A stretch of 64,000 nucleotides of DNA, from the NCBI RefSeq assembly GCF_006345805.1, contig NC_043003.1:85312001-85376000 (forward strand), in the 5' to 3' direction. This document shows positions 1-11,122 of the stretch, in pieces. Source of the DNA: Octopus sinensis (Eukaryota). The position numbers were made by a program, and so were the translations under genes. Below the pieces are notes generated by a model. The model did no database searches, was not told where the DNA came from, and worked only from the letters and a program-made list of their open reading frames with translations. Within the stretch, counting starts at the first letter, position 1; each line of letters opens with the position of its first letter.

Positions 1-423
1 ACCTAGCAATTTTAAGAGTACAATGCATCGCGTCATGCCAGGTCCAGTTTTTAAAATTTAAACTCCAATTAAGCAAAATTTACAGAAAACTCACATTCTG
101 GTGTGTGTGTCAAATGCTTTTCTTAGTCTGGTTTACACCACACGCAAACGCACACACACAGTGGGCAACGAATAAAATGAAAGTAATTGACTTACTGTAG
201 TGAGTGATTCTTTCACTCTGCCTCCCACTTCCTCTTTCCACACATAGACACGCAAATATATAAATAAAATTGTAAGCTAACGTGCGTGTGTGTGAGTGGG
301 TGTGTGTGGGTGTGCGCGTGTGTGTGTGTGTGAGGGTGCGTGTGTGTGTGTGTGCGTGTGCGTGAGTGTGTGACAGGAAAGTTTTTTTACGACGAATATA
401 ACACCTATATCCAAGTAGCAGAA

Positions 424-797
424 AGATAAGACAGTAAGGTGTGATTTGAGGGAGATTTGGCTGCTATTTCTACCATGTCTAGCTGCCATGTAGAGGTCTC
501 CCTCATAGGCTCATACATACATATATACATAGATAAGACAGTAAGGTGTGATTTGGGGGAAATTTGGCTGCTATTTCTACCAGGTCTAGCTGCCATGTAG
601 GGGTCTCCCTCATAGGCTCATACATACATATATACATAGATAAGACAGTAAGGTGTGATTTGGGGGAAATTTGGCTGCTATTTCTACCAGGTCTAGCTAC
701 CATGTAGAGGTCCCCCTCATTGGCTCATATATATATACATACATAAGACAGTAAGGTGTGATTTGAGGGAGATTTGGCTGCTGTTTCTACCAGGTCT
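424..797. repeat. Tandem repeat, 107-bp unit, about 3.5 copies
   Basis: Unit agataagacagtaaggtgtgattt...ggctcatacatacatatatacat starts at 424, 531, 638 and about 741. Confidence 0.9.
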
Positions 798-1157
798 GTT
801 AGGTCTTCTCATGTAAACTCAAGCTTTCTCATGCCTTGAACATAAGACCAAAGCAGAGAATGTATTCTTTTATTCTGCTTTTTCCAGCCATTGGTCTGTG
901 GCCATGCTGGGGCAATGCCTTGAAGAATTGTAGTTTAATGAATCAACTCCAGTTTTTTTTGTAAGCATTGTACTTATTCTATCTGTTTCCTTTGTCAAAC
1001 CACTAGGTGACAGGGATGTAAACAAACCAACATTCGTTGTCAAGCAGTGGTGGAGGACAATCACAAGCACAGACACGCACACACACACACATACATGCAT
1101 ACACATATACACACATACATACATACATACATATATATATATGTGTGTATATATATA

Positions 1158-1415
1158 TTGCAGCGTGGAAGGTGTTTGTAAGCCATTTAAGAAACACACA
1201 AAAACCGTTACATTCACTTCAACATTTAAATTTAATTTGCCAAAATATTTTCGTCGCTTTGAGACCGCGACCTGTTCACTGACAAAAATATCGTGCTAAC
1301 AGGTCGCGGTCTCAAAGCGATGAAAATATTTTGACAAATTAAATTTAAATGTTGAAGTGAATCTAACGGTTTTTGTGTGTTTCTTAAATGGCTTATAAAC
1401 ACCTTCAACGCTGCA
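1158..1415. mobile_element. Foldback element, probably an inverted Penelope-type pseudo-LTR
   Basis: About 118-bp inverted arms around a 21-nt spacer next to a (TA)n tract; contains a hammerhead-like motif. Confidence 0.7.
1236..1286 (-). ncRNA. Minimal type I hammerhead-like motif, G3:C8 core variant
   Basis: Minus strand reads UUUGUCA-GUGAACA-G-GUCGC-GGUCUCAAA-GCGAC-GAAA-AUAU-UU-UGGCAAA: 7-bp stem I, 5-bp stem II, palindromic stem III (AAUAUU). Confidence 0.6.
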
Positions 1416-1578
1416 ACTGTTTTCGTTCCAGCACACGATCTCAGATCAAGTCACTTGCTATGCAAGTACATCTCTGTAACTATATATATATTTATATATA
1501 TATATATATGTATATTGGTAAAAACGGTAAGATAACAAAAGAAAGAAAGAGACCTCAATATTATGTAAATAGAGGAAA

Positions 1579-1972
1579 TCTTTATATATAAAAGTGAGGT
1601 TGTGTGTCTGTCTCCTACGATTTAGATTCCTAACTACTCCCACATTTTGCGGTGCAGTTTAACCAAAACCGGGTATCTTATAGTCGTGATTCATATCGAG
1701 ACCGTCTGGGTATTAGCGCGCGTCTACGATGAGTCTACGATTTAAAAAAAAAATTACCATCAATTTTTCCCATTTTTAATCCATTTTTGACATATATAAG
1801 GGAAGTAACTCTCTAAAATTTATTATTAAATCTCAGAACGTAAAAAGCTACAGTAACACCCCTCCCCTTTGTGGTTAGCCATATTGAGATGGCTATTATA
1901 CTTTACATCTCTAAAAATGCTTATATAATTATTTCCCTTACAAACCCGAGCAACGCCGGGCGATACTGCTAG
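1579..1972 (+). mobile_element. Non-autonomous Helitron
   Basis: 5' TC, 3' CTAG, inserted between A and T with no TSD; subterminal hairpin cccgagcaacgccggg; related copies at 25269 and 59419. Confidence 0.85.
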
Positions 1973-2612
1973 TGTATATATAAAAATTAAAAATTGTATA
2001 ATACAGCAGCATTTTCGAACTTCATTTTTTACAAATATATATATATATATATAATATATATATATATAATATATATATATATGGTGGCTTCCCCTCGTTA
2101 TCGAGTATGGCCATTGCACGAAACTTAAGACATTTATTGGATGGCCGTTGACTCTATACATATATATACATTCACACACACACACGCGCATATAACACTT
2201 AGTTTTCACACATTACTGGCTCAAGCCTAGTCTAACATGATAACCCCCAACTGGGTTATATGGATGAGAGTACGTACATGTGCATGTATATATTCATAGA
2301 AGGAAAGAAGAAATAAATGTGCCCGAGTAAATGAAACTTAGATTCAATACAACACGCGACTTTGTTTATCGTGGAAACTATGTGCACTCACACCATTACC
2401 TCCCCCTCCCCCCCACACACACATACATGTGTGTATGCATATACATATATATATAATTACATCCATACATATATATAATTACATGTATACATACATACAT
2501 CTTTTTGCGCATGTGCGTATTTGAATCTATGTATACCTGTGTATGCCTACGTATTTGTAATCATTGGTGATCCTACGGCGAAAGGTGTATGTCTGTGTGT
2601 GTGTGTGTGTGT

Positions 2613-2657
<45 letters not shown>

Positions 2658-4365
2658 TATGTTTGCGTGTGTGTGTGTGCGTTTGTGTGAATGCATGTGT
2701 GAGACTGTGTGTACTTGTGTATGCTCGCAGACCGCGCGCTCTTCTTAATTGTCGCTGAATCACGCAGCTTTTGCCACCTTTGTGACAATTACCACATTAT
2801 TCATTAAATCAGGCAATCGTTCGCTTTTTGTTACTGTTGTTTTCCAAAATCTTTTGTTTTCAAATAAAACAATATGTCGGCAATTAGAAATAAAAGCATT
2901 TATGGACGTTATAAAATGATTAATAATCGAACAGCTTCCGAATGATGAAGCTTTATTATTCTATCCAAATATGAGCTTATTACTCTATTTATGTAGACTA
3001 GCTGATGATTAAAAAATGGTTATTGCTGAGAAAACCAGACGAGAAATACAATAACTTTTTTCAGAAAAGAAACAGTAATGTTCAAGTCTTATATCTTGAA
3101 TATGAGCATATTATTTTTTAAGTAATTAATACATAAATAATAACAATTTCTGCTCCCTTTCTTGCATTGTGAAAATATAACTGAATTCTATAAATATAAA
3201 AGCAATAAATCGTGTAAATTATAGGATCATTTTTCACATAAAATACTTTTTTCCAGAGTTGACCGATACTGCAGTATAGAAACAGTATAGCAAATGTGAA
3301 AGGCCACATATTACGAAGTGAAATATTACAAATATCAGCTAAAAATAGCTATCAAATCATAGCTAGATGTGTGCTATGTCTGAAAAATACACGTGATGGT
3401 TATGGATGAGATACCTTTGATCATACACCAACTTGCAAAAAAACAACGTTCAGAATCACCAATTTAGAATCACCAATTAAAATATTTCAAAATGTTATCC
3501 GGGCATTATATAACAATCTCCTTAATTAGCGTGTCACAGGAAACATGTTTATCGGTATATTCTTTGATACAATTAACGATCAGTCTTTGAGAATAATATA
3601 TCGAGGTTATTATTCGCAACATATACACTTGGTAATCGCTGCAACAACTGGAGCGCTCCTCTTTCGTTAAACACATTCTTTCTTTACATTTAGTTCAAAA
3701 ACTCAGAGCGTTCGCGGCACAAATCACGTTCTTTAGTGTCAACTGTAAACATGATTTTAAGCCGCTATGGAACATACTACGTTTTCCATATAGTTCATGA
3801 TTCGGGGGAAACATCATTCCAATATGAGTCGCTGCAGATATCTGATCCCTTTGAACTTTTTCGCATAATCCGTATGGACAGACAGTAAGTGCAATTAACT
3901 TATCTAAAAGCAATTTTGCCGTGTTATTAGCATTTCGTCACTACCTTTATTATCAATATATCGACCTCAAGTGACGGCCGGAGATAACCGGAAAGTATTT
4001 TCTTCTATAGTTCTATAGTTTTATCTGTCACTAGATTTAAAAACACGAGTTTTTAAATGTGTAACAAGACGTATTTACCTAAAGGAAATCATTGAATTTT
4101 TTTATTTTGTTAAACATTAAGGATGCGAGCTGACAGGATTGTTTATCCCCCACCACCACCACCACCATCTGACAATTGACAGCCGATGTTAGTGTGTTTA
4201 CGTCCTTGTAACTTAGCGGTTCGACAAAAGAGACAGATAGAGTAAGTACCAGGTTTTTAAAAAAAAGTAATGGGGACGATTAGTTTGACTAGAAACACTT
4301 CAAGGTGATACCCTATCATGGCCACAGTCAAATAAATGACTGAAGCAAATAAAAAATAAAAGACG

Positions 4366-4404
<39 letters not shown>

Positions 4405-4419
4405 GGTGTATGTATGTGC

Positions 4420-4501
<82 letters not shown>

Positions 4502-4736
4502 ATGTGTATGCGTGTTTGTGTGCGTATGAACAAATAATTTTACAAACGTGCCGCTAAGCATACTTAGCCGCATTTTGTCCGTCTTCACGTATTGAGTTGA
4601 AACTCCGCCGAGGTCGATTTAACTTTCATCCTTTTTCGGTGTCAATAAAATAAGTACCAGTTGAGCACGGGGTCGAAGTAGTCGACTACTCAACTTCCCC
4701 CAAAATTTGATGTCTTGTGCCTAAGAAGAAATGATT

Positions 4737-4792
<56 letters not shown>

Positions 4793-4903
4793 TACATATA
4801 TATATATATAATATATATATATATATATAATTAATACGGAGCAGCCAAAACTATTGAATATTTTTTACTATCAACACAAGCAACCACCCACATGCATATA
4901 CGC

Positions 4904-5023
<120 letters not shown>

Positions 5024-5664
5024 CTCTGCTTTGGCATGGTTTCTACAGATGATTGCCCTTCCTAACGCCAACTACTTCACAGAGTGATTTAGGTGCGTTT
5101 TTCATTGTACCAGCACTGGTTACATCCCCAAGTATCCGCAAAGCAAGGCCCCGCCACTGGTTGTAGTTATAGGATTTGGGAATAAGGAACTAAAGTAGAT
5201 TGGAATCATAATATATTTTGTTCATTTTTAAAGATCAAAAACACCTTTCATTCTCCTGGGGGGTAACCAAATAAATAAATATGGAGGTTTAATGTGCATT
5301 TAATTATACTTATAGAATCACTTATCGATCCTCTCTTAAGATATGGATATTATTATGCATGCAGATGCTGTCTGCTTCTTCTTCCAATCAGGACTCACGC
5401 CATTAGCCACAAAGAATAATCTCTAATTCAAGCCTACTCTAAGCTACTAAGAATGAAGATCCACCCACTACACGCGATAGACTGGGGGTTGCACGGGCAC
5501 GAAAGCTACGTTGTTATCCTCATTCCGTAAACGGTGGCTTTTAACGGGTGGAGAGCTGAACTATCCTGGGGTACAGAGGATTCACAATCTAGACTAGGGT
5601 TTACCACACCATAGTGGGTTACACCAGGGTTCCTCTGCTTTGCGCCAGAAGTAGGAAGAAAGGG

Positions 5665-5842
5665 TGAGAGAAAGTTGTGGTAAAAGAGTACAGCGGCGTT
5701 CACCACCCTCCCCCGCCGGAGCCTCGTGGAGTTCAAGTGTTTTTGCTCAATAAACACTCACAATGCCTGGTCTGGGAACCGAAACCGCGTTCTTACGACC
5801 GCGAGTCAGCTGCCCAAACCACTGTGCCAACGCGCCTCCACT
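5665..5842 (-). mobile_element. tRNA-derived SINE fragment (minor family)
   Basis: Minus strand ggaggcgcgttggcacagtggtt...ggtttcggttccc resembles a tRNA head with A/B boxes, followed by CORE-like gtgtttattgagcaaaaacact. Confidence 0.55.
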
Positions 5843-6604
5843 TGCAGATGCTGTTGCTGCTGCTGCTGTTGTTATCGTTCATAGTTGCATCAAGTCGTGT
5901 TTGGAGTCTTGCAATTTCCTCTAGAGATTTACCTGGCTTCACAAAAACCGGACTAGTGAGTGAGCTAACGAGTCCTCAGCAACTAGCCCCTATTATCAAC
6001 AACAGCATAATATCAACAACAGCACAACAGCAAGATAAACATTTTATTTTGTCTTTTCTTTTTGTTGAGTGGGGTAATGAAGTAGATAACGAATTATCGC
6101 CGATGGCTCAATTACATTTAAAACAATAGCGCAGGGAAATGTTTGTCCTCTGTTTACTGAACAGTTAACCGATTTCTGAGAGCAGGAACTTCAGCAGTGT
6201 AATATTTACGGATTACTAATATGTGTATATGTGCGTCATGTGTGTGTGTGTGTGTGTGTGTTATTTGCTTGAATGAGTTTGATGTTTGGTTAGGCGATTC
6301 AGGATGACTGAAGATAGTGTATTACTGGAGGTGGTGGTGGTGGTGGTGGTGGCTATAATTATCGTGTCATCATCTTCTTCACCTTCATCATCACGTATTC
6401 AATAGTATTTGGTTTCGATTGTGTAGAGCTCGAGTTGTATGAGTTATTTAATTGGACTGGATGGGGATTGCGTAGACTATGTATTGCGTAGATTGTGTTA
6501 AACTAATGATTCCGAACATAATCACAATGTCTCATATTTTTTTCGCGGGATTGGTTCAGAAGTCAGTCATATATATATAGACACCGGTGTGTCTATACTA
6601 ATAT

Positions 6605-7270
6605 TGATTCCAAATTTTGGCACAAGGCCAGCATTGTCGGGGAAGGAATTAAGTCGATTACATCAATCCCAGTGATTTTATCGTCCCCTAAAGGATGAAA
6701 GGTAAAGTCGACCTCGACGGAATCTGAACTCATGGTGTAAAGACGGACGAAATGCCACTAAGCATTTCGCCCAATGTGCTCAAAACTCTACAAGCTCGCC
6801 GCCTAAGTATTATTTTTGATATTGACTGGCGATAAAAGCGACCAGCTGGCAAAATGGTTAACATGCTGGACAAAACAGTGGCATTTCTTCCGGATTTACA
6901 TTCTGAGCTCAAATTCTGCCAATGTCGACTTTGTCTTTCATATTTTCGAGATCGATAAAACGAGTACATGCTGGGTACTGGGGTCGATTTAATCGACTTA
7001 CCCCTCACAGAAACTGTTATCCTTGTGCCATAATTTGAAACTAATGTTGGCTGGTGATAAAGGCGACGAGCTAGCAAAATGGTTAGCACGCCGGACAAAG
7101 TTTTTAGTGGCATTTCTTCTGAGTTTACGTTCCGAGTTCAAGTTCTGCAGTGGTCGACTTTGCCTTTTCTTCTTTCAAGGTCGATAAAATAAATACCAGT
7201 TGAACACAAGTCGATGAAATCCATTAGCCCCCTACCACCAAATTTCAGGTCGTGTGTCTATAAGAAAGAA
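6605..7270. mobile_element. Cluster of three degenerate SINE family A copies (one minus, two plus)
   Basis: Each shares ggcgagctggc...gttagcacg...ctgagttcaaattc...gtcgactttgcctttcatcc...gataaaa; about 6605-6805 (-), 6835-7050 (+), 7060-7270 (+). Confidence 0.8.
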
Positions 7271-7608
7271 AAATATATATTGACTGGCGATTGTGTTGTA
7301 TGAACTGTGCAGAGAGTGCTTTGTGTAAATTATGTTATTGACTTTAAAAAGTCTCGTACAATATGTGGATTTTTCTTTACAGGAATAATTTTGGGGCTGT
7401 GTGTAAATTTTAAAGTCTTGTATGATTTTAATGCTTTTTGTTTCGTTGTTTTTGTTTCTTTATCAAAATCCGTGCATCAATTACTTTTGGTTCCATTTTT
7501 CTCTCTTACCCTACACCTTACTTATTTCTATTTCAAAATATTTTAATAATTTTTTTTTATTTAATAAATCTCAGAGCGAGTTATAAACAGTAGCTACAAC
7601 ACATCGTG

Positions 7609-7910
7609 ACGTATATTTGCCATTTAAATATGGCTAACCCCTAAGGGTGGATGCTACTGTAGTTTGTAGCCCCAGGAGGACACCTCCTCCAGCTGGCTTT
7701 AGACACACTTTCTGTGCCCTATTAGTGTTTGCAAAGGGAAGCCATCCTTCCCGTCTTCAACTTATGATACACACGGACTCGAGTTTCTGAGTATTGACCC
7801 GTCATCGGCGTGTGACAATCACAGTTGTCGATAAGAAGCAGGTTCCCTTCTACAAACTACAGTAGCATCCACTCTTAGGGGTTAGCCATATTTACATGGC
7901 AAATATACGT
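7609..7910. mobile_element. Small foldback element, Penelope pseudo-LTR-like
   Basis: About 60-bp inverted arms (7609-7669 and 7850-7910) enclosing a hammerhead-like motif. Confidence 0.7.
7770..7814 (-). ncRNA. Minimal type I hammerhead-like motif (U4C)
   Basis: Minus strand CACACG-CCGAUGA-CGGGUCAAUACUCA-GAAA-CUCGAG-UC-CGUGUG: perfect 6-bp stem I, 8-nt palindromic stem III ACUCGAGU, GUC triplet. Confidence 0.7.
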
Positions 7911-8485
7911 TTTTTTTTTATTTCTTTTCCTGCAATGTTTTGGTTAGAAGCTATCAAGATTGCTATCATACTAAGAACATTTTCATTCTTGTCTTTGTTT
8001 AACATATCAGGTTGATTCGCTTTGATATAACGATCAGTAGTTGATTAGCCCAAGACCAGCCTAGATGGAGAAAATGTAAGATCAGAGGCGCTTCAGCCGT
8101 GACCAACTACTGTTTTCAAGTATATAACTATGTTTACGTTATACTTTTATCCTTACAGTTTTAAAATAGCAGGTGTAAATGGGAGAAGATTTAGCTTCTA
8201 TTTCTTGTAGGTCGAGCGAGTGCATATTGTTTTCGGCGGCTCATTATTTGGGTAGTGTATTGGTAGAATCTTACGAGAGTGACGGAAAAACACCTTTTGG
8301 TTTTGTTACGGCTCTTTGCATTCTGAGTTCGATTCCCGCTGAGATCAACTTTACCTTTCAATCCACCAGGGTCAATAAAATTAAGTAACAGTCAAGAACT
8401 GAGTTCGATGGTATCAACTAACCCCTTCTCCTCAAAACTGATGCCCATGTACCTTAATTAGAAATCATTATTATGATTGCTTTTA

Positions 8486-8700
8486 GGGCAGCGAGCTGGA
8501 AGAATCGTTAGCACGCCGAGTAAAATGCTTGGCGGCATTTCATCTGCCAATGTTCTGAATTCAAATTCTACCGAGGTTGACTTTGCCTTTCATCCTTTCA
8601 GAGCCAATAAAATAAGTACCAGTTGAGCACTGAGGTCTATGTAATGGACTAGCTGGCCTTGTAACGAAATTGCTGGCCTTGTACTAAAATTTGAAACCAT
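8486..8700 (+). mobile_element. SINE family A (older copy)
   Basis: ggcagcgagctggaagaatcgttagcacgcc head plus ctttgcctttcatcctttc...aataagtaccag domain. Confidence 0.8.
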
Positions 8701-8735
8701 TATTATAATGGCATTTGTAGTTATCTTGTTCATAG

Positions 8736-9112
8736 GGCGTAGGAGTGGCTGTGTGATAAGTAGCTTGCATACGAGCCACATGGTTCCGGGTTCAGTCCTA
8801 CTGCGTGGCACCTTGGGCAAGTGTCTTCTACTATAGCCTCGGCCCAACCAAAGCCTTGTGAGTGGATTTGGTAGACGGAAACTGAAAGAAGTCCGTATAT
8901 ATGTACGTATATGTGTGTGTGTGCCTGTGTTTTTCCCCCCAACATCGCTTGACAACCGATGCTGGTGTGTTTACGTAACTTAGCGGTTCGGCAAAAGAGA
9001 CCGATAGAATAAGTACTAGGCTTACAAAGAATAAGTCCTGCGGCCGATTTGCTCGACTCAAAAGGCGGTCCTCCAGCATGGCCACAGTCAAATGACTGAA
9101 ACAAGTAAAAGA
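8736..9112 (+). mobile_element. SINE family B (tRNA head, CORE-like segment, internal TA/TG microsatellite)
   Basis: ggcgtaggagtggctgtg...ggttcagtcc...accttgggcaagtgtcttct...ccagcatggccacagtcaaatgactgaaacaagtaaaaga; closely similar to other copies in the window. Confidence 0.9.
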
Positions 9113-10025
9113 AAAAAAGAAGAATAGTCTATGGCGATAGATTGTCAGAATCATTAGAACGTTGGACAAAATGTTCAGCAGTGTTTAGTCATAGATCCAC
9201 GTCGTGAGTTTAAATTTTGCTGAGGTCAGCTTTACCTTTCATCCTTTCGGGTTGTTCGATGTTATCGACTAACCCATTCCCAACAAATTGTTGACTTTAT
9301 GCTTAAATCAGAAATCATTATTTATTCATCATTTGATTATTACATTTTTTTTTCTTTTATATCAAAAATAATTACGCACATCTTTAAAAACAGTCGTAAA
9401 AATGGTTTGTGAAAATGTCTTATCATTGTTTGCAGAATCTAGTATCTTCTGCAACGTGTCTATCGCTGTCCTTGTAGATAATATGATCGAAATACATGAA
9501 GTGTTTCCTTTATTAAAACAAGATTTAGACAGGTCTTGAAAAACATGCAAAAAGTGTCCAAGATTAAGAAATACTATAATAAAATTCCCTAACATTATTT
9601 ACAAATCCTTGTAGTGTTATGTTCTGGAACCTGCTTAAGATAGATCTTACAGGACATATCCTTATAATATAGATCTTGCAAGGTAATCTGGTTATATCTT
9701 TTGCAAGACTGGTTGTCTATTATTGCAGTTGAGTCAATTACAAATAGAATGTTAAACACACTCCTTAAACAGCAAAAATGTTTTTTGTTTCAAAAGTTAG
9801 GACGATATAATTCATTTGCTTTCATCTGACTTCCACAAAACATTATAGTCATTTGATACTTCTAAGTTCATAATTAGCATGCTATTATCCTTTTCGTCAT
9901 TTAGAATTACGTCAGTCGTATTGCTATCTGGTGGTATGTCTCCACACTGAAGTTCTGTATCATTTTCCATACTGCGTCAAAACTCTTTTCTTGAAGCAGC
10001 TGAAATTGGGTGCAAAGTTAATATA

Positions 10026-10397
10026 CTCTTTTACTCTTACTCTTTTACTTGTTTCAGTCATCTGACTGTGGCCATGCTGGGGCACCGCCTTTAATCGAGC
10101 AACTCGACCCCAGGACTTATTCTTTGTAAGCCCAGTACTTATTCTATCGGTCTCTTTTGCCGAACCGCTAAGTAACGGGGACATAAACACACCAGCATCG
10201 GTTGTCAAGCATTGCTAGGGGAACAAACACAGACACACAAACACACACGCGCATATATATATATATATACATATATACGACGGGCTTCTTTCAGTTTCCG
10301 TCTACCAAATCCACTCACAAGGCATTGGTCGGCCTGAGGCTATAGTAGAAGACACTTGCCCAAGGTGTCACGCAGTGGGACTGAACCCGGAACCATG
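10026..10397 (-). mobile_element. SINE family B
   Basis: Reverse complement of the 8736-9112 element, slightly 5' truncated, with a tttactc tail repeat. Confidence 0.9.
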
Positions 10398-10533
10398 TGG
10401 TTGGTAAACAAGCTACTTAATATAATTATTATTATTGTTGTTGTTGTTGTTGTTGCTGCTGCTGCTGCTGCTGTTGTTGTTGTCGTCGTCGTCGTCGTCG
10501 TTGTTGTTGTTGTTGCTGTTTTTGTTGTTATTA

Positions 10534-10765
10534 AGGCAGCGAGCTTGCAGAGTCGTTAGTACGCCGAGCAAAATGCTCAGCGGTATTTCGCTCGTCGCTA
10601 GGTTCTGTGTTCAAATTCCACCGAGGTTGATTTTTGCCTTTCATCATTTCGGGGTCGATTAAATAAGTACCAGTTACGCACTGGGGTCGATGTAATCGAC
10701 TTAATCCCTCTGTCCGTCCTTGTTTGTCCCCTCTGTGTTTAGTCCCCTGTGGGCAATAAAGAAAT
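10534..10765 (+). mobile_element. SINE family A
   Basis: Full head-to-tail similarity to the 17304 and 41417 copies. Confidence 0.88.
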
Positions 10766-11122
10766 AAAAAAATATTATTATTATTATTATTGTTTTGTGG
10801 TGCATGGTAAAACCACTCCTCAGATGCGCATTTATATTTTCATAGACAAACAATGCACAAGAGAAAGAAATGGTTAGAAAATAACAAGCATTAATTAACA
10901 ACGGTTATTCTAACAGACTAGCAGATCAAGTTACAGAAGAATACAGACACCAATACAATGCAACAAATACATCAGAAAATAAAACCGATAAAAATAACAA
11001 AATCCGCAGAAAATTTATTAAATGAATCAAATGCATGAAAACTATCGAACACACGAACACATAATTAAAGTCCTCATTAAAACGGAACACAAAATGAATC
11101 AGAACCGAATGTAAACTAATAA

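Noticed and set aside
3695-3913. 72-aa non-repetitive ORF
   Set aside because: No recognisable motif or splice structure.
5880-5995. HDV-like ribozyme at a LINE 5' end (also considered at 5500-5660 and 30230-30460)
   Set aside because: Only P1/P4-like stems could be drawn; P3/L3 and the catalytic C could not be placed.
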